In this document: piece by piece, positions 49,002 to 62,701 of the stretch
Numbering within the stretch: position 1 is the stretch's first letter
Layout of the letters: each line of letters opens with the position of its first letter
Origin: Schmidtea polychroa
Lineage: Eukaryota
Length of the DNA: 64,000 nucleotides
Reading direction: 5' to 3'
Assembly (NCBI GenBank): GCA_044892525.1
Contig: CM097885.1
Location: forward strand, 213,714,001 to 213,778,000
Notes under the pieces: generated by a model
Databases searched by the model: none
What the model saw: only the letters and a program-made list of their open reading frames with translations
Told to the model about the DNA's origin: nothing
Program-made: the position numbers and the translations under genes

Positions 49002-52000
49002 ATGGAATATTTGTATATTCTTTTAAATATACTTTTTATCACTTTAATCAATGGCCAAACTAATACACCAATGTGCTCATCAGATGATGCAGTTGCAACT
49101 GGTTTATAAAATTGATTCTTATCTATATTTAATATTTTTAAGGTTGCCCAACTGGATGGTACAGTTATCGAACTAATTGCTATAAATTAAACAATTCACC
49201 AGTATCGAATTTCATTCAAAGTCGAGATGCTTGCAATGTATGTATTGTTAATTTAAGTTCAATCTTAATCTCTGTATAGCTTCTTGGTGCTCGATTATTA
49301 AGAATAGAAAGTCTTATTCAGCATCAATTCTTTTCTGCATTGCTAGATAACAATGCCGTGAATCGATCGTAAGTACTAGTAGGAATGTTATTTTACTAAA
49401 CTTAAAATAATAGAATTCAGTGGTACACAGCAGGGGCAATGACTTCTAGTAAAATGGGTATATATATTTGGGATGGATTTCCACCTGATTTGCAAACATT
49501 CAACCCGGAACTTTTGCCACTATTAATCGATGTACCCGACTTGAATAATAAAAATGCATGGAACAGTGAACGTTTAAAAATCGTCTACATTTATTACAAC
49601 ATGAAATGGATGTTAAATATCACATCGTCTACCGATACCAATTATTTTATATGTGAAGCACCGAAATCTGTCATTGCCAAAACAATTTCAATGTCAAGAT
49701 CAGCCGATTTTGGCCAGGCTGATTTGACGGACATTAAACGTGGTCCCTGTATCCTCGATCAACCCACTGATCAGTTGTAAGTATTTACTAAAGTAAAAAT
49801 AAAAATAACATAATAAATGTATCCTGTTCATGTCATTGTTTAAATCATTACTCATTTCAATTCCACATAATTCTAAAATTTTAATCGTTAATCATAATTC
49901 ATTGTTTTTGGACAAGGCGCTTTTATACTAATCAACTTGAATTTTTTTTATTTAGATGTGATTTTCAATAAAAATTAGTTATTTATTTATAAATCTATTT
50001 AATTAATTTATTAGTTATTTGATTATTAATTTAATTTTTATAAACATGTTATCATAATTCAAAGATTCTAGGAATTGGTACTTAAAATATTACACAGCAT
50101 TGTATCCCGACAATACTTCCCTGCATTACACCCTGTCAATATCCGCTGCATTGCACTCGGTCAGTATTCCCATACATTACACCCGGACAATATCCACTGT
50201 ATTACACCCGGTCAATATCCCCTGCATTGCACTCAGCCAATATGTCCTGTATTATACCCTGTCAATATTCCCATGCATTACACCAAGCCAATATCCTCTT
50301 GCATTACACCCGGCCAATATCTTCTACATTACACCCGGTTAATATTCTCCCGCATTACACCCGGCCAATATTCCCCTACATTACACCCGGCCAATATTCC
50401 CCTACATTACAGCCGGCCAATATCTCCTACATTACACCCGGACAATATCGCCCTGCATTACACCCGACCAATGTCCCCCTGCATTACACCCGATCAATAT
50501 CCCCTGCATTACACCCGGTTAATATTCTCCCGCATTGCACTCGGCCAATATATCCTATATTATACCCTGTCAATATCCTCTGCATTGCACCCGACCAATA
50601 TCCCCCTGCATTACACCCGACCAATATCCCCCTGCATTACACCCGGTCAATATCCACTGTATTACACCCGGTCAATATCCCCTGCATTGCACTCAGCCAA
50701 TATATCTTGTATTATATCCTGTCAATATCCTCTGCATTGCACCCGACCAATATCCCCCTGTATTACACCCGGCCAATATTTCCCTGTATTGCGCTTGGAA
50801 AATTTTTTGATTGTCTTTAGGTTCATGAAAAATGCGATTAACTTGTCAAGCTTTTTCATTTTTCAAATTTACTTTAAACATTCAGAAATTGTAACAACAT
50901 CAACATCCGATTCATGTAAAATTTTCAGTACCATTTATTATGTATGTATTTTCCACTAAATATCACGTGAAAAAGTCTACTAAAAATTAAAAAAATGTAA
51001 AATAGAAAAATATTGTTCTATATTGGACAACTAAATTTTGTATATTTATAAAATTATAGCTACCTATCATAAATTTAATAAATATATTATAAAATGATTA
51101 ACATTTACTAATTGCGTATAATATCAACTTGTATTACCTTTATCAGGTATGTACCATCGGTTTCGAACTCCAAAGTTGTTACCTTTACCTGCAATGTTTA
51201 TGGAAATCCATTTCCAACTGTTTCTTGGTATTTCATAATGGACACAACTCAAGGATTACAAAGAATTTTAATAGACCCATTAAAATATAGTAGTGGCAAA
51301 GTTACACAAACCGGAGGTCTTTTAACGATAAATGAGCCCGACAATACCTTTGACAACAAAATAGAGTGTCAAGTTCAGAATGATTATGGAACTGTCATCT
51401 CAAGACAAGTTCAAATTATTCGAGGACGCCTGGAAATTTACAACAAGAATCCTCGTCAATTAATGCGTATCGGGGACAACGTGGGATTTATGCTTGATTG
51501 TGAACCTCCTGATCACGATCCAAAAGATAGTAAAATCTTCCAATAGTTACAATTTCATTTATATTTCACTAGGCATCGTTTATACATTTTATATAACTCG
51601 TAAAACTGATAAAGGAGAAATCGTCGATGACGTTATTCAAAGCCAATTGAGAAATAATATTTTCTTATCGTACAATCTTGGTTTAATAGGATTTTCTATT
51701 GGCAGTGTGAAAGTTGATCTATAATTTCCCTATGTTAGATTTATTGATGATCTAGGATTCTGGAATTTACAAATGTATGGTTGGATGGAGAGGCCTCACC
51801 GGAACATCATATAAATCACCCGATATCCCACTTGAAGTCTATGCCTCCAATACACTTTATCCAGTTCCAAATGTCCATGACAAATTCCCAAATTTTAAGC
51901 CTTCTAATCCGTTTCTCGGTGACACATTGACTTTTGAATGTTTTGGCTATGGAGAAATCAAGCAGAATCCACTGAAATATTTCTGGAAATGGGTAAGTTC

Positions 52001-52023
52001 GCTGAGAATTACACATTAAAAAT

Positions 52024-52060
<37 letters not shown>

Positions 52061-55000
52061 AGCTAAGGGTTCCCTTCATCCGAATTTTACTTTTTTTATT
52101 ATGTTTTTTTATTTATTTTTATTTTTTGCTTTTTTAATATTTTTTAATTTTTTTACTTTTTTTTATTATATTTATTTTTATTATTTTTTAAAATTTTTTT
52201 TTAATTATTTTTTTTAATATTTTATTTTTTTTTACTTTTGGTTTTTTTAATATTTTTTAATTTTTNNNNNNNNNNNNNNNNNNNNNNNNNNNNNNNNNNN
52301 NNNNNNNNNNNNNNNNNNNNNNNNNNNNNNNNNNNNNNNNNNNNNNNNNNNNNNNNNNNNNNNNNNNNNNNNNNNNNNNNNNNNNNNNNNNNNNNNNNNN
52401 NNNNNNNNNNNNNNNNNNNNNNNNNNNNNNNNNNNGACAAATTTCAGAACAACAAACCGTTGCCATCGAAATCTGTTATATCTGATTTTGAGAGAAGAGT
52501 GACATTGGAAAATATTCAATTCGAAGATGAAGGCGATTATCAGTGTTACATAGAGACAATGGACGGTAGGGTTTCTTTGCCCCGTAGTGTCAAGCTGGTT
52601 ATTAATGCCAAACCGACTTTCGTTGTCAAACCGAAAAATCAATATCCAGATATCGGTTCAACAGTAACCCTAACCTGCCAAGCCGTTGGTAAGCCACAAG
52701 TCAGCATGCAATGGTACAGAAATGGGCAACCAATCAGCAATTGGCTCACTAAAAATCCCGATCAACGCTACAATTTCACCGAAGGAAACGTTTCGCTCGC
52801 TTTGCTTGTAATCAACGGTGTTAAAACCTCAGACAACGCGATGATTGGCTGTTACATTTCCAACATGTTCGGCAAGGAGTCGGCATTTGTTGAATTGAAA
52901 ACGATATCAATAGTTCCAAACTTTGATAAATATCCCCTTCTTAACACGGAAGCCATTATCGGTATGAAAACAATAATTCCCTGCCAACCGGAAGGATCCC
53001 CGACACCAACGATCACATGGACTAAAGACGGTACAGCATTAACATTGGTACCGTCGGTTTTCAATCAAGTTATCGGTGAAATTGATGTTAGTTTTGTTCT
53101 TTATGATTAATTTAATGAATATCAATAATGCGGTTACCTATAGTCAGAAATTGCACTCTACACAACATACAAAGATATTCGATTCTTCAAATAAGATTTA
53201 CATCCATAAAAGAATTGATTAAATATATTTTTGTTAAGAATTTCCCATAAAATTTTGCAATAACTAACAAAAATATGAATATAAATAAACATAATCACAT
53301 CATTATTGTAATCCAATCGATTTTTTCATTGGCCGTTTAATAATTGGGCTTTCTTATTTTTGAATAAGCCAATTTTCATTGCACCATGCTTTTACATTTT
53401 GAATTTTTTACATTATAATGTGAGTCTCTTACGCCACCAATAGTTACCGCGCACTGGTTAGCAACAGAGGGCCCCTACCCCCTCTTTTTTTTCAAGGTCA
53501 AGCCGCGATTATTGATTTTTAAATTTTTAAAATTTTTATTGATTTTAAAGTGCAAAATTTTCAAATTAGAAATTCAAGTATTGATTTAAATGTGATTTAT
53601 AGATTAAAAAGTGAATGTTTACTTTTTTGTTTTATCTCACTGTAGCGCGGGAGTTTATACATTACACTTAGTACTATTATCAAACTTATAATTCAAATAA
53701 CTAATAGATCTAAAAATAACTGATTTTCTTATTAAAACATTCAACTTTACACTTTGCTTTTCGTTTATCTATTTGATTCGACTAAACAACCTCAAAATCG
53801 ATTAAAAGTGATAAAGTTGCATGTAAATGTCGACTTAAAACAGCAGTGGCCAACCCGACCGTTTGAAAATGCGGCACTCAAAATGATTTGAAATTTTACA
53901 CATGAAACATCAAATGCCTTTATCTTAGAATTAAAATTTAATTATATAAGCTAGTTTTTGTACAAATCATTTCATACATAAATAAATACTATGTTACAAT
54001 TTTATTTCCCGAATTTTTATTTACTAGTGCAATTCTCATTTATGTTCCCTACCGAACAATAATTTACTCATCAAAAGTGTTGTAGCATCTGACAAAGGTA
54101 CATATGGATGCATTGCCACCAATTCAATTGGAACGGCAAACAGTTCAGCATATTTGGACGTAATTAATCCGCTTACCGTTAACAATCGTCCTCTCAGTCG
54201 CCGAGTCCAATTAAATAGCAATGTTTATATGCCTTGTCAAGCTTCCGGCACTCCATATCTTGATATTGATTACGATTGGTACTTTGAGGTTGATTTCAAT
54301 ATTTTATCAAAATTTCATTGGCATTTTGAACCAAATTTCAGAATGTTCAACTGAAATTTGACAGAATGGACTTGGATGCCCGTAGATATGACAAATCGCA
54401 ATTTAGGAGACCATATTATCGATATTTTGGGACCCTGATAATATACAACATTCAATTCTACGATGAAGCAAATTATACATGTAAAGTCACCACGCCATTC
54501 AGTGTTAATGAATATTATGCACTTATTCAAGTTATTGGGCCACCTGGAGTCGGAGGAGGTGAGTTTCAATTTCAATTTGAGCATTTATTTATTTTTAACT
54601 TCTTGACTCGTTTCATTTTTATCATTAAATATTAACTTGAAACACGTATAGAAATAATTATTGATGATGTAAGTTTCATTATCGAAAAATTCGTGTTATT
54701 TTTACTAAAAATCAGACAACGTCATATTTTGTATTAAAATAAATTCATATCTTATTCTTAACATGGAACATAATTTCCATTATATAAATTAAATATGAAT
54801 CTGCAAAATTCTCGTTCAATAAAAATTTTATTATTGGTTCAAGTTCAGATTTGTATTTAAAATAAAAAAAAAATAAAAAATTCTGTAAGTTTTGTTGAAA
54901 AACATTCGTTTTATTTCAGGAAAAAGATATTTTATAGTGAACACTTTTTAAATTGAGTTCTAACTTGAGTGGTTAGAACATCTAGAACTTCATAAGGCAA

Positions 55001-58000
55001 TGATATCACATTTAATTTGTTCATAAAACTGTAAAACACTTGGTAAATTCTCATATAAATTTTAAATGGAATTGAGATGTGCATTGGAAAAGCAACTCCA
55101 GGATACATTCTCGAACCATTTGATAAACTGCCATAGTGTGTGATATAGGATCACTAGAGTTCAGAACGATATCCGAGGAACGACCTGAAGCGTACAAAGA
55201 ATTGCTTGAATTGAAATATACATCACGGTTATAGTCGTAAATATTTTGATTGTCATAATCGTCGGCATTTGAATTTACATACTCATCAAAATTTAATTAT
55301 CATTATCATCAAAACTTTTATTGATACATTAAATGTCTCCAATATAATTTGAGTCATGGATCCTCTGTCAGCTTTGGGAATATTGAAAAGAACTTCTCGA
55401 TCAGATGCGATAGATTTAACATGAACAAAGATATCCTTAGAGCTACTATCATTGTCAATACTTATGAATTCATATCCATTCTTTTAGTTACAACATTTCA
55501 TAATAAAAACGAAAGTTTTTAAGAATCTTTATTCTATCACAAAATCCGCGAAAACTCCTTTTAAAACAAGAATTCCCTTAGAACAAAAACTAAAAAATCA
55601 ATCAAAAACCAAAACATCTTGCCTCGCGTCTGTGCGCAACCCAACAGAAAACGTACATCAATACTCTGCGCACACAGACGCAATCCAGAATTAAACTCAG
55701 GATTGACCAAAACTTTTATTTTTTTTTATTTTACATTATGAATATGTTCTCAAATGGCTTCACTAAAATCTGAAGAACTAGTATTCAGTTGTTGAATCGT
55801 TAATCGGAATATACAAAGTTTTTAATATAATTTAATCATTAATTGTCAAATAATTTAATACATTTGTTGTATAAGTCAACTCATTTGCCATATACTTTAA
55901 TCATTATTATTTTCAAATAATTTAATCCATTTGTCATAGAATTTAATCAATATCATATAAAATAATTTATTAATTGGTTTATAATTTAATCCGTTTGCCA
56001 TATAATTTAATGCTAAATAATCCCAATTCTATTCTTATCCATCACATTATCATACAAATATATTCTACGAGTAAAGCACCTCATTAATGTAAAAATAAGT
56101 TTTACATTTCGCGACCTTTTAAGTTAATAAGGTTCTAGATTTCCTAGAAACATGTCAAGTATATAGAGTAGCACTTCCTCTAAAATTAGAGTTAGAAATT
56201 TAGATGCAATTCTTAGTTCCAATCCCTGCATTCCAAAAATGACAATTTTTTTATGTTTGTGCACATAATACCTCCAAAAAGCCTCTTTATTTTTTTCGTA
56301 AAATATCCGTTATGAATTTTGCTATTTTCTCGACCCAGTATTGGAGATCCACAACTTTATCCTATAATATCAGACCAAATTTGAATTTATCGGATCAAGA
56401 AGGGTGATATTTCATACATAATCTAAGCTTTCATACGATTTTTTTTAATTTCGTATTCCTAGTACTTTTTAGTGTTACTCTTTCCAAGGTATTTTTTTCC
56501 AAACCACATGATTTTAAAAATCTGGAGATTCCAACAAAAGTAATCGTGACCCATAGTTTGAATTTTAATAAATCTTTCTCAGATATTCAAAGCTGAAACT
56601 GAAACGTAAATCGTGCATTTTCAATTTTTCTTAACGGAACACTGATTCCTTTCCCGCATAACACAATTTTAGAAACACTGCTAAATGCCAATACATTCAT
56701 ATAATTTTTTATTCATTTATATGATGGAAATATATATTTACATTCTTTATAATTATAGGCATTACAGTGACACCTGTCGTAGGAAACGTCAGTAATGTTG
56801 TTGAATGGACTGATGGCTATGATCATGGCCACCCAATTCTCTGGTATCGATTAGAAGTTGCCAAAGAAGATGGAACGCAAAAATGGTATCCTCTGAAGGA
56901 AAGAATCAATAAAACAGATATNNNNNNNNNNNNNNNNNNNNNNNNNNNNNNNNNNNNNNNNNNNNNNNNNNNNNNNNNNNNNNNNNNNNNNNNNNNNNNN
57001 NNNNNNNNNNNNNNNNNNNNNNNNNNNNNNNNNNNNNNNNNNNNNNNNNNNNNNNNNNNNNNNNNNNNNNNNNNNNNNNNNNNNNNNNAACAAGAACTAC
57101 TATGAATTATCCTGCATTAGACTCAAATTGTCTATTGTATTAGGTTGAAAAAATTATTTATTTAATTATAATTATTTAAAAATAATTAAATGTTTTTATT
57201 AAATAAAAAAGTTTTTATATAATTAATAAATTTGTTTAAAATCCTTAATTTACATAGTTATTATATCCCACCTGATGATGACAGGAAAACTGTCGAAATA
57301 TATCGTGTAAAGAATGTTTGATTGGCGTTATCTTATAATTAAATCATTNNNNNNNNNNNNNNNNNNNNNNNNNNNNNNNNNNNNNNNNNNNNNNNNNNNN
57401 NNNNNNNNNNNNNNNNNNNNNNNNNNNNNNNNNNNNNNNNNNNNNNNNNNNNNNNNNNNNNNNNNNNNNNNNNNNNNNNNNNNNNNNNNNNNNNNNNNNN
57501 NNNNNNNNNNNTCTTGGTATCAGCATTAGGGTGGAGCTTATTTTTGAACTTTCAAAATATTACCTTCTTACCCTCCCATTCTGTTCCTATATATGAAAGA
57601 AAAATTCAGGCAAAATATGAACACAATTGAACAATATTTAGGGGTAGCTCAAGGACAGAGAAGTTTCTGATACTCTTAAGCAGCGGCCGCCCATTTATTT
57701 ACGGTACCTTACTATAGTAACTGAGAACTAAGTAAATTGAGACTTTCTCAGACTCTGATAATCATACAACATTTCAATCCTATTTTTACAATATACAATT
57801 AACACAAATTCTTCATAGTCCAGGCATGATCAGACTTGTTTAGCATGTTTACTGTGTGGACTGGCTATTGCAGGAGTTTGACAAATGTGTTTATAAATTT
57901 AAATTGATAACAGTTGATAACACTACTATTAAAGTGAGCATTAAATTGCTGGTAGGCCACTGAAGTGAAGCAAGCCTTCCTGAATCTATAGCTGCTGGTA

Positions 58001-61000
58001 AGTTAGTTGAATGTTATTTGAATATTGAATATTATTTTCAATGTTTAAGTGTGAATAGTAATTAAATGAAGATATAGATTAGTTAGATAAGTAAATGTGA
58101 ATTTTGTAATACAATTATTCAAATTAACATATCAATCCATGATTCCAAAGTCAATGCTATTTTTATAATATTCATTTCAGATTCATTTCTGTAATAAAAT
58201 GTCATGAGTTGCAAAAGCAACACGATCTCAAACTGAGTTATATCTTCTTGGCGATTCCGTGACTCAGTTACGTGGCAGCAAGCTGCCATCTTTACATATG
58301 GCTCTTGGACTCTTCCTACATCACCATCTGGAACTGAAAGAGACAATAAGACAATCATCGGCTGTTACCATTACAGAAGTATCGAAGTTTTGGCAGAAAG
58401 CGAGGATCCCGATGAGAGATCATCAAAACTGCCAAACCAAGGTTGAGCATCCATTTGAAGAATGGCGTCTTCTGAAAAAGAACAAGGCACGATTATCAGC
58501 AACTCAACTAGCGAGAGAATCAGCTTTTAGTTCCAAGCTCGAGGATCTCTTTGATCTTGCTCATGCTGATGCACTGACCAGCCCCTCGGTACTACAGGAA
58601 GATAAAAATTTCTTGTTAGCCCAGAGAGAAAAAGGAAGAAGGGGGTCGATGACTGGTGCAGATGAAAAACTTGCTGCTAAGGAGAAAAGATCATTTGAAC
58701 GAGATGAGCAAATGCTTTCGAGGCGACAGCGAATGGAGCAAGTGAAGCAGTTAGCAGCTTCTACCGCTGAACTGATATCGTCATCTTCTGAAACCAGCTT
58801 AGATGGTGGAAACATGAAAAGTGGAGAAAATCTGAGTGATGATGCTGCAGGAGGCAGCACATTTCGGACGCCAAAAAGAAAGAGGGGGCGAAAAACTGTT
58901 ATTACTCCAGAACTTGCAGTAGCTTTAGATAGAACTAAAATGTCAGATCGCAAGGCTGTTTTCGTTATTGCAGAAACTGCTAAAAGCCTGGGACAGAACA
59001 TCGATGAACTTGTTCTAAACAGAGACTCGATTCGACGACTTAGGGTAGAACATCGAGTTCAGAGAGCTGCCAACATAAAAGCAAAGTTCCAGGATAATGT
59101 ACCACTTGTAGTTCATTGGGACGGCAAACTGATTCCTGATCTGATTGGAAAGGAGAAGGTTGATCGACTGCCGGTTTTGGTTTCTGGAAAAGGAGTATCT
59201 CAGCTACTTACAGTTGCTAAGCTTCCATCTGGAACAGGCGAAGCTCAGGCTGCTGCTGTATATGAAGCCATCAAAGACTGGGGCATAGCCAAGAATATCC
59301 GAGCTATGTGTTTTGACACTACTAGCTCAAACACTGGTCGGATTGCTGGTGCTTGTGTACTGTTAGAGCAGAAGCTTCAGAAGGAGTTGTTATCACTGGC
59401 TTGTAGGCACCACATTATGGAACTGATAATTGGGGCAGTTTTCCAGGTCTGCATGGGAGCCTCATCCTCCCCAGAAGTTGCACTCTTCAAACGCTTTCAA
59501 GAGTTCTGGAGATTTATAGATACGGCTAAGTATGAAGCAGGCACTACAGCTGATGACGTAGCAAGTTTACTGGAGGATATAAAGCAAGACACCGTCGATT
59601 ATGCCAACAAGTATCTTGAACAGAGTCAGCCGAGAGATGACTATAAAGAATTCTTGGAACTTGTAATTGTCTTCCTCGGTGCTGCTCCTCCCAGAGGTGT
59701 ACGGTTCATGGCACCTGGTGCAATGCACCATGCTCGTTGGATGTCCAAGGTGATATACAGCCTAAAAATTTGGATGTTCAAGGCGCAGTTCAAGCTGACT
59801 ACTGCAGAAGAGCGAGGGTTGCGTGATGTTTGTGTATTTGCAGTACGAGTGTACCTGAAAGCTTGGATATCTGCACCTCAAGCAGCAGGTGCTCCATTCA
59901 GTGACTTGCTGCTGCTGAAGTCGCTGCTCGAGTACTCATCAATACATGCAGCCATTTCAAAGGCAACATCTCGCAAGTTTGCAAATCATTTGTGGTACTT
60001 ATCTGAGAAACTGGTAAGCTTGGCTTTTTTCGACAGTCGGGTCAGTTCGTCAACCAAACGACTGATGGTGAGTGCCATGCAAAATGATGAAAACCAGGAT
60101 TCTGATCATTGCAAACGTATCACAGTTGCTCTTGGTTCATTCAAAGAGAAAAACTTGGAAGATTTTGTCACAGCTAAATCAATGATTCTGCTTCAACAGC
60201 TTGAACTGCCAGATGGATTTCTTGCAGTTGACCCAGACTTGTGGGGAGACAGAGATGATTACAAACAAGCTGCAGAAACAGTTACATCTCTAAAAGTTGT
60301 AAATGACCATGCTGAGCGTGGAGTGGCCCTCATTCAGGAATACAGTGGATTAATCACCCGTGATGAAACACAACTACAATTCTTGCTGCAAGTTGTCCAG
60401 GACCATCGCAAAATGTATCCCGACAGCAGGAAAAAGACTCTGTCCGCCATCTCTGGGTTTACATAATAACAGTTAATTTCAAGTTTGCTGGACATTTACA
60501 GATTGTTTGTGTCAGAAGCTAAAGAAACATTTCACTATTAATGTCTATGTGTGTAACACTGAAGTTTGCAAAAAAATAAAATAGAATCAGAATTTGTTGA
60601 ATTTACAAAAATTTTATCATATTTCAGGCACTTGAGCTACCTCTAAACATAAAAATTTATTGCTTAAACTTTTTATACAGTGTTTCTATACCATAAGGAA
60701 CAGATTAGGGGGGTAAGACTTTCAAAAATTATTTTTTTATTTTTTTTTATTTTTTAAGCTCCACCCTAATCAGCATTAATAAAATGTTAAACAATAAATG
60801 ATAATTTAAGTCATTTGTTAAAAAATTGAAAAGGACTATTTTTATAGTTGAAAATTCTTTCATTTTATTAAATATATACTTCGCAACAAAAGGCTTAAAT
60901 TATCATTTAATTGTTTGATATTGTTATTTTCATTTATTATTAATATTATTAACATTATTGTTTACTTATTTATTTTTATAATTTATTATTATTATATTAT

Positions 61001-62701
61001 AGTTTGGTTTATGTTATTAAAATAATCAATAATCCTTCTTAGTTCTGGTATCCAATCTACGACCGACGTTATCAATGTTATTTTTTTGCACTATGAAAGT
61101 TCTCTTCGTTTTTTGAATAACCTTGTCGGCCTTCAATTTAGGTTGTCTCGAAAAATAATCGTTTTTATCATCTTTTACATTTTTTTAATTTATAATATGA
61201 AATTAAATTCTTTCAATAAATCCATCATAGAATGTAATATATTTCCCCTCTTCAAATGTTAATATTTCAATTTATGAATGTGACCACTTAACGGATTTGA
61301 AAATAATTAATTAATTCATTAATTAAATAAAATCCGTTAAAATCATATAATTCTTCATTTTAATTCAAACCTCTTTTAAAGATCTGAATCGATTAAACGA
61401 CATTTTTTCTTTTTTTTTCATCTCTACTAAAAATAATTCTTGGAAACTCTTCTGAATATTTACATAGCTTCCTATAGAAAATCACAATTCACTAGTTTAG
61501 TCATTATTTTGATAATATTACCTTTGTATTTTAAATTAATTTCACCAAAATTAATTAATCAATAATCAACGTTATGTTGTTTTTTAATGATATTCCATTT
61601 ATTTTTGCATTCTAATAAAAGATCAAAAATTTTAATTCTATACAACAAAATCTTTGGCTATGGCTTTATTCTGTCTTAAATAGAAAATATATGACTTGAT
61701 TTCAAGGTGATTGTTAAAAATGACCTTGACTTATTTGTGACTCACATTAAAGAATCAGTATTTGTGTCCTTTACTTGACGACTAATTTTCTTTTTTGATC
61801 TCCGTGACTCACATCGACCTACTTTAACTTGCGGTTTTTTTTGTAATCATTGACAACGAAATATAAGTCAAAATATGAAAACGAAATGAAAAATAGTAAT
61901 TCCATTATAACCAAAATGTTATGCTTCCTTATAAAGTCGTTTGTTATAAAAAAGGAATTTTTAATTTACTTGCACGAAACACGTCGAAAACTATTGATAA
62001 AAGATAGTTTTAAAAGGATTGTATTATACAAGTAATATATTTTACTTAGTTTCAATAATATTGACAATGTATCACTCATTTGTCATGTAAATGAATTATT
62101 CATTAGTTTTACTGTAAGAAAATTTTCTTATTTGGAGGTATAAAACTAATCCATTTCGAATTATTATAACAAGTCATTTTATTTCTAAACCTGTTCCAAT
62201 TTTAATTTACATATTTTTTCGGTTATTACCAAAAAGGTTACAATAACAACGGCATAGACCGGTTATCAATAATTTCCATTAATTGTAGATAATCTGATCA
62301 GAAATCAATTTGTATTTTCTGAATTGCCAGCCAATACTAATTTCCGATTGAGGCTTTTTGCAGCGAATAGCTTTGGATTAGGTGAACCTAGTGGTCCAAG
62401 TGAAATATTCAAGACTGCAGCTATTCCTCCACAAAAGGCACCGAAAAATGTTACCGGAGGCGGTGGTAAAGTTGGAACACTTGTCATTCGGTGGGAACCT
62501 TTATTACCTCTCGAAGAAAATGGTGATAATTTCGCGTATGAAATTAGATACAAAGAATCCAAAGAAATAGAATGGATTACTGCAAGCAACTTTATAAATA
62601 AATCTCTGGATAATGATAAATATCGTCAAGTAACACTGGATTTACCTGCTAACAAGGATTACATTGAATTTCAAGTGCAAGTTCGAGCGAAAAATATGAT
62701 G
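49002..62701 (+). CDS. Cont: Invertebrate-type contactin (signal peptide, C-type lectin, 6 Ig, at least 2 FN3), 3' end beyond the window. Approximate exons: 49002-49101, 49143-49237, 49280-49368, 49414-49776, 51147-~51530, ~51573-51712, 51756-51992, ~52436-53086, 54028-54288, 54342-54558, 56759-gap, 62289-62701
   Basis: MEYLYILLNILFITLINGQ signal; CPTGWYSYRTNCY..C..LGARL..WYTAG lectin; six Ig C...W...YxC sets; GPPG..EWTDG.DHG.PI and FRL..FAANSFGLGEPS.PS FN3 motifs. In-frame GT-AG introns. Confidence 0.9.
50089..50790. repeat. 25-bp minisatellite (~28 copies, consensus cattacacccggtcaatatcccctg) in a contactin intron
   Basis: Directly visible periodicity. Frame rotation every 25 nt explains the 25-aa periodic ORFs in all three + frames. 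Confidence 0.92.
55335..55501 (-). pseudogene. Degenerate cold-shock-domain fragment in a contactin intron
   Basis: MKCCN*KNGYEFISIDNDSSSKDIFVHVKSI..DREVLFNI.KADRG versus the CSD consensus VKWFN..KGYGFI..DD...DIFVH.SAI...EV.F.....KG. Confidence 0.55.
57269..57307 (+). ncRNA. Minimal type I hammerhead ribozyme motif with intact core
   Basis: cac-CTGATGA-T-GACAG(gaaaa)CTGTC-GAAA-TATAT-C-gtg: stem I cac/gtg, perfect 5-bp stem II, palindromic ATATAT stem III, AUC cleavage triplet. Confidence 0.75.
57527..60768 (+). mobile_element. Full-length hATm-like DNA transposon (3242 bp) in a contactin intron
   Basis: 14-bp TIRs TAGGGTGGAGCTTA; perfect 8-bp TSD ATCAGCAT (57519-57526, 60769-60776); 5'-UTR intron 57998-58180. 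Confidence 0.98.
58199..60466 (+). CDS. hATm-like transposase; ATG at 58199 is followed by TGA at codon 3, then 753 open codons
   Basis: MS*VAKATRSQTELYLLG...GSKLPS...HWDGK...FDTT...CRHH...NDHAERGV. Confidence 0.9.

Noticed and set aside
50075-50959. Long His/Pro/Tyr-rich ORFs (294, 197, 91 and 80 aa)
   Set aside because: By-products of a stop-poor 25-bp minisatellite inside a contactin intron; the peptide period equals three repeat units.
1712-57529. ORFs consisting largely of X (e.g. 1712, 7739, 17742, 19685, 40238, 42829, 52222, 56851, 57314)
   Set aside because: They exist only because N gaps contain no stop codons.
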